Shown here: positions 54,909-63,908 of the stretch, piece by piece
Layout: every line of letters starts with the position of its first letter
Numbering within the stretch: position 1 is the stretch's first letter
NCBI GenBank assembly: GCA_902385655.1
Contig: CABMGO010000003.1
Span: 112,456-176,455, forward strand
Direction of reading: 5' to 3'
Source: an uncultured archaeon
Lineage (GTDB): Archaea; Nanobdellota; Nanobdellia; Pacearchaeales; GW2011-AR1
Length of the DNA: 64,000 nucleotides
The notes under the pieces: model-generated
Database searches by the model: none
Seen by the model: the letters and a program-made list of their open reading frames with translations, nothing else
What the model was told of the DNA's origin: nothing
Translations under genes and position numbers: made by a program

Positions 54909-55544
54909 ATGGTAAAAGACAAAAAATCAAAATCATTCAAGATTCTTGCTGCGGCGGATATTCATGGCAACTCGGCGGTTTCTGAATCGCTAGCTAGAAA
55001 AGCGGAGAAGGAAAAAGTAGACTTAGTCATATTAGCTGGAGACATTCATGGATTTGATGAAAATAGAGGAATTATTGCTCCGTTTAAAAAAAGAAATCAG
55101 AAAGTCATTTTTGTTCCTGGAAATTGGGATACAAGTTTTCAAACTAAAGCAACAAAAGATTTCTACAAGATAAAAGATATTGACGGTTATTATGTGCATT
55201 ATGACGGAGTCGATATTATCGGAGTTGGAACAAAAGATTTCAAGATGAATTTGGATGAGAAGAAAACACTTGATAGGCTAATTAAGAATTTTGAAAAAGT
55301 TCAAAATAGGCCTTCGAGAAAAGTTTTGGTTTCTCATTTGCATGCAAGCGGAACGCTTGCGGAATTTTCTGGAATTCCCGGAGAAGAAGTTCTTGCAAAA
55401 GCAATAAAATATTTTCAGCCAGATGTTTTCATTGCAGGCCATATTCACGAAGCTGAGGGGTTAGAGCATAAAGTTGGGAAGACAAAAGTTATTCAGGTTG
55501 GGAAGCATGGAAAGATTATAGAAATAAAAAAGAAAGATGATTAA
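54909..55544 (+). CDS. Calcineurin-like metallophosphoesterase
   Basis: AAADIHGN, LAGDIHG, GNWD, SHLH, GHIHE. Confidence 0.8.
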   Translation: MVKDKKSKSFKILAAADIHGNSAVSESLARKAEKEKVDLVILAGDIHGFDENRGIIAPFKKRNQKVIFVPGNWDTSFQTKATKDFYKIKDIDGYYVHYDGVDIIGVGTKDFKMNLDEKKTLDRLIKNFEKVQNRPSRKVLVSHLHASGTLAEFSGIPGEEVLAKAIKYFQPDVFIAGHIHEAEGLEHKVGKTKVIQVGKHGKIIEIKKKDD

Positions 55545-55954
55545 ATTTCTTCTTCGCTAACAACTTTAATATTGTTCTTTTTTAGAAACTTGGTAAAAAC
55601 TCCATCTCCATCAATAAGTTTTCCAGAAAATGTCCCGTCGTAAATTTTACCACATCCGCAAGAAGGAGATTTGGATTTTAATATTGCTTCAGTACAATTT
55701 GCAAGTTTCGCAATTTTTAGTGCTTCTTCGGCACCTTTGATAACCTGGGCAGTTATGTCCTTACCGTCTTTTGTAAAAACTTTTTCTCTTTTTTGCTCAG
55801 CAATATTTCGCGGAGTAGATAGTCCTCCCAATTGTTCTGGGCAAACTGGAATTGCTTTTCCTTGTTTTACTAAATTAATTATGTCCTGGCAAGGTTTTGA
55901 TTTTCCATCGTATCTACAATTTATCCCGGCTAAGCAAGCACTAACAATTTTCAT
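55541..55954 (-). CDS. DUF523 family protein (YbbK/TudS-like, Cys-rich)
   Basis: MKIVSACLAGINCRYDGKSK plus later CPEQLGG and SPSCGCG. Confidence 0.7.
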   Translation of the reverse strand: MKIVSACLAGINCRYDGKSKPCQDIINLVKQGKAIPVCPEQLGGLSTPRNIAEQKREKVFTKDGKDITAQVIKGAEEALKIAKLANCTEAILKSKSPSCGCGKIYDGTFSGKLIDGDGVFTKFLKKNNIKVVSEEEI

Positions 55955-56014
55955 GATCTTGAGAACAAGGATAGGTTTTTATATTTGCTGAGGCAACCTC
56001 GCCTCTAGAAAGTC

Positions 56015-56614
56015 TTATTTTATTGCAAAAGCTCGGACTTCGGAATGTTCTTTTCCGCCAACCATTAATTTGTTTCCACCAGTTACTTGGAGCGGTTTTA
56101 GACCAGAATTTCGGATCATGTTAGAAATAGACTTTTCGTCATAAAAGAAAAATGTTTTTGGACCTTGAGAAGTTTGTTGATTGCTTTCTTTTGCGGCTAA
56201 ATAAAGAACACCGTTTGGTTTGAGAACTCTTCTCGTCTCTTCGAGAAACTTTTGTACTCCGAGGGCATCCATGTGAACAATTGAGGCACAAGACCAAACA
56301 CCATCGAAATAGTTTTGTTCAAAGAATAAATCTCGCATATCCATAAAATAAAAATCTCCGGTCGGAACTTTAGCTTGAGCCATTTCTAAAAATTCGGGGG
56401 TTAAATCTATGCCTGTTACTCTAAAACCTCTGCCTGAAAAAATTCTACAGTCTCTTCCATCTCCGCAACCAGCATCAAGAATTCTTCCGCCAGCTGGAAT
56501 TCTTCTCATGAATTCTAAACCTTCAGTCACGTGATGAAGACCCGCAACTCTTGCTTCATATTGTTTTGCAGTGTTTGAATATTCGTAAATAGTTCTTATC
56601 AAATGGTCTTCCAT
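56015..56614 (-). CDS. Class I SAM-dependent methyltransferase (type 11)
   Basis: ILDAGCGDGRDCRIF, GIDLTPEFLEMA. ATG at 56614 preferred over the longer track ORF. Confidence 0.75.
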   Translation of the reverse strand: MEDHLIRTIYEYSNTAKQYEARVAGLHHVTEGLEFMRRIPAGGRILDAGCGDGRDCRIFSGRGFRVTGIDLTPEFLEMAQAKVPTGDFYFMDMRDLFFEQNYFDGVWSCASIVHMDALGVQKFLEETRRVLKPNGVLYLAAKESNQQTSQGPKTFFFYDEKSISNMIRNSGLKPLQVTGGNKLMVGGKEHSEVRAFAIK

Positions 56615-56707
56615 GATAATTTGTAAAACTTTAATTTTATAAGGATTTAGAGGATAGAGAAACAAACTTATCAAATCATTTATAAATTCTATTAAACTGT
56701 ATTATTT

Positions 56708-57058
56708 GTGGCTTGGACAAAATATCTTTTGTACTTTTTAACTGGTGGGTTGATCACTACAGCAATTGTAGCTTTAGAAGAATCCGGAATGCCACTGATC
56801 TCGAGATTGGCAGCATTATTTCCAGTTTTCACTTGGATTGCCTACTTATTTATCGGAGAATTTGGCACAGCACAACAAGTTGTCAGTCATGCAAAATTTG
56901 TTCTTATTGGGACAATTGTTTCATGGATCCCATATATGCTTTCGATAATCTATTTTGCTCCCAAAATAGGAGTATATAAGGCAATTGCAGTGTCTATTCT
57001 GATTTTTGTAATTATCGCACTAGTTTTTTCTTACATCTATCTTAAATTTCAGGTCTAA
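56708..57058 (+). CDS. Small integral membrane protein (four hydrophobic segments; GlpM-like, tentative)
   Basis: 116 aa, almost entirely hydrophobic helices. Confidence 0.5.
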   Translation: MAWTKYLLYFLTGGLITTAIVALEESGMPLISRLAALFPVFTWIAYLFIGEFGTAQQVVSHAKFVLIGTIVSWIPYMLSIIYFAPKIGVYKAIAVSILIFVIIALVFSYIYLKFQV

Positions 57059-57118
57059 AAAATCTAGCTGTCAAAAAAATAAAAACTGTAAATTCACTCC
57101 CCTAAAAAAGAGCTAATC

Positions 57119-57694
57119 TTATGTTCCTTGTCTTCTGTTAGCTCTTAAAGAAGGTCTAACTTTTGGAACTGAGAAAGGAGAATTTCTTAAGCCTCTTGCT
57201 TTTTGTCCAGCAGAAGTTAATCCTCGGTAGATTCTTGTGTTATTTGCAGGTCTTGATACGAAAGATAATTCTTTGTCAGCCATTACTTCTGGAGATGTTC
57301 TGTCAACCATAATTACTTCGAAAAAATAATGCATTCCGTCTCTTCCAACCCAGTAGGAGTTTAAAACTTCACAGTTCGGATATTTTCCTGCTGCTCTTTG
57401 TTCTGCAATCTCTCTATAGTTCATTTTTAAATTTACAATAGTGTGCATTCTTCTACCTTTTCTTGCTTTCTTTGGTCTTGGTCTTACGTGACCACCTCTG
57501 ATTACTCTAACTCTAACGACAAAAACACCTTTCTTTGCTTTGTATCCAAGTGAATGAGCTCTGTCTAATCTTAATGGATTTTCAACTCTGACAACAGCTT
57601 CAGAAGCTCTCCATTCGATCATTCTTTGTCTTAATGTTTCTACGTCTGGCTTTTTCCATGCCTGTCTTAAATAATATGATAATCCTTTAACCAT
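57119..57694 (-). CDS. rpl15e: 50S ribosomal protein L15e
   Basis: YLRQAWKKPD...RLDRAHSLGYKAKKGVFVVRVRVIRGGHVRPRPKKARKGRRM. Confidence 0.9.
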   Translation of the reverse strand: MVKGLSYYLRQAWKKPDVETLRQRMIEWRASEAVVRVENPLRLDRAHSLGYKAKKGVFVVRVRVIRGGHVRPRPKKARKGRRMHTIVNLKMNYREIAEQRAAGKYPNCEVLNSYWVGRDGMHYFFEVIMVDRTSPEVMADKELSFVSRPANNTRIYRGLTSAGQKARGLRNSPFSVPKVRPSLRANRRQGT

Positions 57695-57711
57695 ATTTTT
57701 CTTACAAAGAT

Positions 57712-58212
57712 ATGCTTTTTAAAGGTGTTGGTTATGTTAAAATTATGAAGACCGAACAGGAATGGATGGATGAATTGGAAACAGAAGTTAAGGAAAGAAC
57801 TGCAAAGAAAGATCTTTGTCAAATGTTCGACGTGGAATGGTCTGAAAGTTTGAGAGGATTTTCTGTTGGACAACTTAGAGAACAAATAGGACTAAGAGGA
57901 GTAATAGCAAAAAAATATGGGCAAAGATTAAGGGGAGAACATTTTAACAAAACACCTGAAGAGTATGAGAGATGTCTCGCGAATATAGCAGTAAGAACTA
58001 TGACAATTCCTGGAAGATACTCATTAAAACATGCCTCGCGAATTGTGGGCGTACCAGTAGACTATTTGAATCAGATGAGACTAAAGGGAATAGTGAGTTG
58101 TAAATCGATTGGGAGAGCCAATTTCTTTAGTGTCGAAACTTTGAAAGAAGAATTGAAAGGACCAGCAGCACAACAATTTTTTGCGGCGAGAAGATACGAG
58201 TATCAACCTTAA
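57712..58212 (+). CDS. Hypothetical protein with excisionase/MerR-like HTH near the C-terminus (tentative)
   Basis: LKHASRIVGVPVDYLNQMRLKGIVSCKSIGRANFFSVETL. The start may be the ATG at 57745. Confidence 0.45.
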   Translation: MLFKGVGYVKIMKTEQEWMDELETEVKERTAKKDLCQMFDVEWSESLRGFSVGQLREQIGLRGVIAKKYGQRLRGEHFNKTPEEYERCLANIAVRTMTIPGRYSLKHASRIVGVPVDYLNQMRLKGIVSCKSIGRANFFSVETLKEELKGPAAQQFFAARRYEYQP

Positions 58213-60266
58213 CTCTGCCGGATATTTTCTATTCTAGAAATTCCTTCTTTTTTTAATCGGATAATATTATCAACAAATCCTTCAATTTTTTGTTCGTGAC
58301 TAACTAATAATATTTGTTGAGAATCTAACTGATCGAAAATGTCTCTCATTTTATCAAGTTGTTGTTCTGAAAAACCATCCGTAGGTTCGTCTAAGATGAT
58401 TATATCTTTTGTTTTTAGTGTGGACATCATTGAGTTTATTATTTGATTTAATGCTAATCTATAAGCAAGAGCCACAGCAGTTCTTTCGCCACCAGATAAA
58501 AATTCATAATCAAGTTCGTAATCTTGGTTTGTTATTATTGGTGTGAAATCTTCATCAAGTCTAGCTGTCAGAGATTCTGAAACAAGCAAACTAAACCACT
58601 CGTTGAAAACTCTAGAGAAGTCTCTCCTCAATGTTGCAAGTACACTTGTTTCTGTTAAATTTATCAATGATAAAAATTTAACTTCCAACCAGTCCTGCAA
58701 ACTTCTTAATGATGAAATTTGCCCGCGGATTTTCTCTTTCTCAGCAATTTCCATCCCAAGTTCTTCAACTTTTCTAATTAATAATTCATATTCTTTTCTT
58801 TTTTCTGCGACGTTTATTTCAGTTCGTCTAGATTCGAAGTCGATATTATCAAAAAGCTTTTTTTCTGCTTCAAAAGAAATCTTAGACTCTACAAATCTGT
58901 CTAATTCTTTAGAAAGAGTTTTAATTTCCGACTCTAGATTTTTTATTTCTTCTTCTGTTCTTTCAAGAATCATTGCATCACTTTTTATTTTAACTTCTAT
59001 AACCCTTTGGTGCTCGAACTTGACCTTGTTTCTTTCAAGAGATAACTTATCTTGCTCATATCCCGAGATCAAGTCCTTCTCTTTTTTTATGTGCCCCAAT
59101 ATTTGTTCCTTCTCGACGAATTTTCTATCTAGCTCTCTTTGGATGTCTTCTATCTCAAACTGAGTTTTTTTAGAAATTTTGTCTTTATGTTCATGAGAAA
59201 CTCCTTGTAAACACATAGGACAGTTCTCCATGGAAGTAACTTTTTCCTTCATTTTAAAGGCATTTTCCTTTTGAGCATCATAGGAATATATTTTTGAGTT
59301 AACTTCCATAAAAAGATTGTTTAGATCTTCAAGCGTTTTTTTGTGAGTTATAATAAGTGAATTCACATTGATTAACTCCTCATTCTTGAAATCTACTTTT
59401 TCAAGTATTTGATGTTTTGAAGCAAGAATATCTTTTTCTAGACGTACTTTCAGGGATTTTTTACCGTTGAGTTCTCCCTCTTTCTTGGATTTTGTTATGT
59501 CTATCAAAACTTTTTCATCTAGAAGTTTTTTAGATTTATCAAGACGTTCTGAAATTTGCTTTTTTTGTTCATTCAATCTGTCCAAGTTTATATTTAATTC
59601 AATTACTTCTTTGGAAATTTTTATTTTGTCTTCATTACTTTTGCCAAGTTTTTCTCTCAGAAGGTTAATCTCTCTGATTTGCATTTCTTTTATTTTCACA
59701 TCTTCTTTTATTTTTTGAAGAAGAATCTGAGTATTCGCCTTTATTCGTTTGTATCTGTCAATCCCAAAAATATGTCTAATTAAGTCAAGTCTAACTTCAG
59801 GTCTTTCTTGGATTATTTCTTTCATGCCTTCTTGAGGAGTATAGACAGTGTATTTGTAAAGTAAATCTGATTTTTTTGCAAACTCTTTGGGATATTCCAA
59901 AAGAGAAATAACTGTATTCTTCATTTCAGAAGTAGAAACTTCTTCTAATTTTCCGTCGATAGAAATAGTGTTATAATCTTGAGTTATTCCACCAGATTTT
60001 GCTTTTTTTAGTCTTCTCTGAATAACAATTTGTTTCCCACCTATCTCTAATTCGAGTGAAACTTCAGCAGATTCTTCACCATGTCTTAAAATAGAATTGC
60101 CTTTTTGCCCTGGTTGAAGTCCGAATAAGGCAAATTGCAAAGCAAGTAAAATAGAAGTTTTTCCTGCGCCGATATCTCCAGATAGAAGAGTAGAACCGAC
60201 TGGAAATTCTATTTCAAGTTCCCGATAGCTTCTAATATTATTTAATTTTAGTTTTTTGATTATCAT
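58209..60266 (-). CDS. rad50: Rad50 DNA double-strand-break repair ATPase (compact)
   Basis: Walker A GDIGAGKTSIL, zinc hook CPMC, signature LSGGERTAVALAYRLAL, Walker B IIILDEPTDGF. Confidence 0.9.
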   Translation of the reverse strand: MIIKKLKLNNIRSYRELEIEFPVGSTLLSGDIGAGKTSILLALQFALFGLQPGQKGNSILRHGEESAEVSLELEIGGKQIVIQRRLKKAKSGGITQDYNTISIDGKLEEVSTSEMKNTVISLLEYPKEFAKKSDLLYKYTVYTPQEGMKEIIQERPEVRLDLIRHIFGIDRYKRIKANTQILLQKIKEDVKIKEMQIREINLLREKLGKSNEDKIKISKEVIELNINLDRLNEQKKQISERLDKSKKLLDEKVLIDITKSKKEGELNGKKSLKVRLEKDILASKHQILEKVDFKNEELINVNSLIITHKKTLEDLNNLFMEVNSKIYSYDAQKENAFKMKEKVTSMENCPMCLQGVSHEHKDKISKKTQFEIEDIQRELDRKFVEKEQILGHIKKEKDLISGYEQDKLSLERNKVKFEHQRVIEVKIKSDAMILERTEEEIKNLESEIKTLSKELDRFVESKISFEAEKKLFDNIDFESRRTEINVAEKRKEYELLIRKVEELGMEIAEKEKIRGQISSLRSLQDWLEVKFLSLINLTETSVLATLRRDFSRVFNEWFSLLVSESLTARLDEDFTPIITNQDYELDYEFLSGGERTAVALAYRLALNQIINSMMSTLKTKDIIILDEPTDGFSEQQLDKMRDIFDQLDSQQILLVSHEQKIEGFVDNIIRLKKEGISRIENIRQS

Positions 60267-61213
60267 TTCAAATTTTCCTCCAAAAAATCTCGAGTTAATT
60301 TAACATTAAAATTTTTTTTGTCAAAAGAAAAAACAAGACTTCCTTTCTTGTCTAATTCCATCATGTCTAAACAATTTTTCAGATTGAAATTTGGGGGAAA
60401 CTCTGTTGGAAGAGAATTTTTTTCAAGTAACTTTTTTATTTGGTTAATTTTCTCTTCAGTTACTAGATTTAGTTTTTTTGCAAGCACTAACTCTTTTATC
60501 ATCCCTATTGAAATGGCTTCTCCGTGAGATAAGTTGTAAACTCTTTCTAGTGCGTGCCCGACCGTATGGCCAAAATTTAACGTATGCCTAATTCCTATGT
60601 CTCTCTCATCCTCCTCTACAATGGCTAGTTTTATTTTACAACAGTTAGAGATTACATTTTGAGAATTGTTAATATCAAAGTTAAATAGTTCAAAAAAGCT
60701 CGGTTCTCCAAAGACTGAAAAGTATTTTATTGCTTCAGCTAGTCCATTCGAGATTTCCTTTTTGGAAAGGGTCTTTAGAAAATTTGGATCAACTATTATT
60801 TTTTTAGGTTGATAAATAGTCCCTACATAATTCTTCTTTGATCCAAGATTTATCCCATTTTTTCCTCCGAGACTGCTATCGATCATTGCTAAAAGAGTTG
60901 TTGGAACCTGGAAAAGCTCTACTCCTCTTTTGTATGTTGAAGCAACAAATCCAGCTAAATCCCCAGTTACTCCACCCCCGACAGCGATTATCGTCTTTTT
61001 ACCTGATTTGTCTAGAGCTTCTAAGGCAGATTTATAATTTTCCAAAGATTTGCTTTCTTCTCCGGAAATAACTACAAAGAGATTTTTTTTAGATAATTCT
61101 GGGAAATTTTTCAAAACATTTTCATCAACCATAAAAAATCCGTCCAAGTCTAAAACTTGCTTAAAAATTCCTTTATCTATTTCTACTTCAGAGAGTTTTG
61201 AACTAACTATCAT
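60263..61213 (-). CDS. aroB: 3-dehydroquinate synthase family (sugar phosphate cyclase) protein
   Basis: GGGVTGDLAGFVASTYKRGVELFQVPTTLLAMIDSSLGGKNGINL and NFGHTVGHALE...HGEAISIGM. ATGA overlaps with both mre11 and rad50. Confidence 0.8.
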   Translation of the reverse strand: MIVSSKLSEVEIDKGIFKQVLDLDGFFMVDENVLKNFPELSKKNLFVVISGEESKSLENYKSALEALDKSGKKTIIAVGGGVTGDLAGFVASTYKRGVELFQVPTTLLAMIDSSLGGKNGINLGSKKNYVGTIYQPKKIIVDPNFLKTLSKKEISNGLAEAIKYFSVFGEPSFFELFNFDINNSQNVISNCCKIKLAIVEEDERDIGIRHTLNFGHTVGHALERVYNLSHGEAISIGMIKELVLAKKLNLVTEEKINQIKKLLEKNSLPTEFPPNFNLKNCLDMMELDKKGSLVFSFDKKNFNVKLTRDFLEENLK

Positions 61214-62403
61214 GAAATCACCTCCTGAATACTCAAAATCTTTTTTACTTCGTCTAAAAGTCTTTTTTCATAAATTGTTTCTTTTTCGTCTTCGTTTTTG
61301 TCAATTGAAAGTGCGTGCATCAAAGAATTCAAATGAAGATTATAGTCTGCCGGATTTTTTGTTGAATATTCTTTGATAATTTTTTCCTCAATATTTTCTA
61401 CATGTTCTGTACCAATCTCTAAGTCTGCTTCTTGAACAGTTAATGCTGAAATATTTCTTAAGAAAACATAGGCTCCTTTCTTTTTTACAAAGTCTTCGAT
61501 CTCATTAAACCTTATATCTCCTGACTTGCCTTTGAGTAAAACTCCTTTGAGTTTCATTAAAAAAACTTTATCAGACAAATTTAATCTGTCTATTTCAGAA
61601 ATAATTTTTTCTGTTGCTGTTAGACCGTCTACTAAATCAATCTCAATAGATACTACTTCTTTAATTGGGAGAAGAATGCTCTTTGTTTTTATTTTACTTC
61701 CATCAACTTCTACCATGTGAAAGCTTCCATATTTCAAGTCAGTTAGCTCTTGGAAATTATTTGGATAGATTGGACCAGGATAAACATAAACAGCTTCTCC
61801 AATTCTTGATTCGAATCTTTTGTGAATGTGCCCCATCGCATAATAATTCGCTAAAGGAAGAGTTTCTTTTTCTACAGATTCCATGGGCAAATCTCCGACA
61901 ACATCTTTGATTGTCGAGTGAAACATGAAAATACTGAAAGGATGAATTCCATTAAAATAGATTTTTTTTAAGTCTTCAACTTCAAGTCCAGACTTTCTGC
62001 CAGAATAACCATAAATTGCAATTTTTCCAAAAAATTCTGGAGACAATTTTATTTTTCCTTCTGAATCTATTTCTGTTTTTTCGATATTTGTACAGAAACC
62101 TGCCTTTTCTAAAACATCCAGAAAAGTTTTTCCTGAAGCTGAGAAGTCGTGTGATCCGGCTACAATGAAGACAGGTATATTCGCTTCTTTTAATTTTTTA
62201 AATTCTGCAAATGTTTCTTTGAGAATTTCTATGGGAGGATATGCAGAATCAAATAAATCTCCTGCGACTAAAAGAAATTCTGGTTTTTCTTGAATAATTG
62301 TGCTAATTGCTTTTTGAAAAGATAAAAAATTAAGTGTTTGAAGTTCTTCCTGCCTCCAACCCCCAAGATGACAATCTGCGATATGTGCGAATTTTAAACC
62401 CAT
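61210..62403 (-). CDS. mre11: Mre11 nuclease (metallophosphoesterase)
   Basis: FAHIADCHLG, VAGDLFD, AGSHD, MFHS, GHIH. Confidence 0.9.
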   Translation of the reverse strand: MGLKFAHIADCHLGGWRQEELQTLNFLSFQKAISTIIQEKPEFLLVAGDLFDSAYPPIEILKETFAEFKKLKEANIPVFIVAGSHDFSASGKTFLDVLEKAGFCTNIEKTEIDSEGKIKLSPEFFGKIAIYGYSGRKSGLEVEDLKKIYFNGIHPFSIFMFHSTIKDVVGDLPMESVEKETLPLANYYAMGHIHKRFESRIGEAVYVYPGPIYPNNFQELTDLKYGSFHMVEVDGSKIKTKSILLPIKEVVSIEIDLVDGLTATEKIISEIDRLNLSDKVFLMKLKGVLLKGKSGDIRFNEIEDFVKKKGAYVFLRNISALTVQEADLEIGTEHVENIEEKIIKEYSTKNPADYNLHLNSLMHALSIDKNEDEKETIYEKRLLDEVKKILSIQEVIS

Positions 62404-62435
62404 ACTCTTTTCTCCTTAATTCTAAAGAAGGCTTA

Positions 62436-62603
62436 TCATTTATAAGAATTGTTGTGATTATTTTTCGTCAGTTCTCTCTGATTCAAATATACCATAAAAG
62501 CTGCACCGGCAATAAAAATCCAATCGACCAAAAAAGTTAAGGCCATAAAAATTAGGCCGATTAAGGTGTAAATTATTACTTTTTTATTAATTTGTTTTTT
62601 CAT
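62436..62603 (-). CDS. Small membrane protein (55 aa, absent from the ORF track)
   Basis: My translation is MKKQINKKVIIYTLIGLIFMALTFLVDWIFIAGAAFMVYLNQRELTKNNHNNSYK. The ATG is 1 nt after the kae1 stop. Confidence 0.4.
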   Translation of the reverse strand: MKKQINKKVIIYTLIGLIFMALTFLVDWIFIAGAAFMVYLNQRELTKNNHNNSYK

Positions 62604-62604
62604 A

Positions 62605-63681
62605 TTATTTCCAAGTCACTTCGACCTGGTCAGTTCGCTCCCTTGGTTTAATATCTAATTTATCAAAATCTTCTGGTTTGAAGATTATACATTCTGGAGA
62701 TTTACTCTCCTGCGAAGGCACTTGTCCTGCATGAGATCTCCCATTCTCAAGTGTCCTTTCCTGCGAAAGGAATATTTTTATTCCAAGATAAGCGATCATT
62801 GCTGCGTTGTCTACTAAGAATTGTCTTTCTGGACAGAAATATTTTGCTCCTCTTTCTTTGCACATGACCTGACACATTTCCTGAAGTCGAGAATTACAGG
62901 CAACTCCTCCGCCGAGAACAAGTTCTTTTTTTCCAGTATGAGCCATAGCTCTTTCTGCCGCTTCAACTAACATTGCGAATGCAGTCTCTTGTAATGAAAA
63001 AGATAAATCTTCAAGCGAAGCTTGTTTTTTGTTTAACATATTTTGAAGTTTCGTTAGCATTCCTGAAAATGCGACGTCCATTCCTTTTATTGAGTAGCCT
63101 AATTCGATAAACTTTTTTCCATTTTTTGCTAGCTCTTGTATTTTTGGTCCTCCAGGAAAACCTAGGCCAGCTTCCCTTGCAAATGTGTCTATGAAATTCC
63201 CTACCCCTAAATCTAAAGTTTCTCCAAAAATTCGATATTTGCCTGCTTCGTATGCAATTATTTGCGTGTTTGCTCCGGAGGCATAAAGCATTACAGGATC
63301 TTTTGCGCCAGTAATCTCTCCAATTTCTTGATGGGCGATGCAATGATTTACTGGGACTATGGGAATGTTAAGATCTTTTGCAATGTGTTTTGCGAATCTC
63401 ATCCCTTCTAAAAGTGATGGAGCAAGGCCAGGAGCATTTGAAAGTGCGATGAACTTTATTTCGTGAGGAGAGATTTTTGCTTGCTCTAAAGCCTGAGCAT
63501 AGAGTTTTGGTGCAACTTCTTTATGATGTTTTCCAAGTTCATTTGGAATTAAGCCGCCTTTTTCTGTTGTGAATAGATCTTTGATATTTACAAGGAATTT
63601 TGGAGTTTCATCTAAAGAAAGAATTGCAATTCCGAGCGTATGTGCTGTGCATTCTATTCCTAGACAATAATTTTTAGACAT
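62605..63681 (-). CDS. kae1: Kae1, tRNA N6-adenosine threonylcarbamoyltransferase, with about 25-aa repeat-derived insertion near the C-terminus
   Basis: CLGIECTAHTLGIAI, VNHCIAHQEI, YASGANTQI, GGGVACNSRLQEM, C-terminal RTDQVEVTW. Confidence 0.9.
   Translation of the reverse strand: MSKNYCLGIECTAHTLGIAILSLDETPKFLVNIKDLFTTEKGGLIPNELGKHHKEVAPKLYAQALEQAKISPHEIKFIALSNAPGLAPSLLEGMRFAKHIAKDLNIPIVPVNHCIAHQEIGEITGAKDPVMLYASGANTQIIAYEAGKYRIFGETLDLGVGNFIDTFAREAGLGFPGGPKIQELAKNGKKFIELGYSIKGMDVAFSGMLTKLQNMLNKKQASLEDLSFSLQETAFAMLVEAAERAMAHTGKKELVLGGGVACNSRLQEMCQVMCKERGAKYFCPERQFLVDNAAMIAYLGIKIFLSQERTLENGRSHAGQVPSQESKSPECIIFKPEDFDKLDIKPRERTDQVEVTWK
62702..62773 (+). repeat. Copy C of the dispersed repeat family, embedded in frame in kae1
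   Basis: ttactctcctgcgaaggcacttgtCCTGCATgagatctcccattctcaaGTGTCCTTTCctgcGAAAGGAat. Same boxes and spacing as A3/B, with a compensated stem. Confidence 0.75.
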
Positions 63682-63793
63682 GATTATAACAAAAAATTAG
63701 ACTATAAAAATGTTTTTTGAACAAAATGGAACAGAATTAGAAACCGAACCTAGAAAATTTTAAAGAAAATTAAATAAATTTTGGTAAAATCCC

Positions 63794-63872
63794 CTCGTTT
63801 TGTTTTGACATAAGAATAAAGTCAAAACGAGAAAATTTTAGATGGACCGGCGGTCCCTAAACCCCGGTCCAT
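63794..63872. other. Two hairpins between kae1 and the downstream-facing small gene
   Basis: Imperfect CTCGTTTTG...GTCAAAACGAG (63794-63831), and a perfect 9-bp GC-rich stem ATGGACCGG / CCGGTCCAT (63842-63850 / 63864-63872) whose loop holds a second CGGTCC. Confidence 0.5.
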
Positions 63873-63908
63873 TAAATATGAAATGAATAAATTTTTTATG
63901 AAAAAGAA

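Noticed and set aside
58543-59163. 206-aa plus-strand ORF inside rad50, and similar antisense ORFs in the track (for example 656..931, 5249..5587, 10234..10575, 39546..39887, 40608..40901, 63011..63343)
   Set aside because: They lie entirely antisense to genes with strong family motifs. They are Ser/Phe/Leu/Ile-rich, as expected for the reverse complement of K/E-rich AT-rich coding sequence, and have no motifs of their own.
62702-62773. Repeat in kae1 as an archaeal bulge-helix-bulge intron or an intein
   Set aside because: I could not draw two 3-nt bulges separated by a 4-bp helix around the insert. The hairpin has a simple 4-nt loop, and no intein blocks are present. The idea is kept only as a test within the finding.
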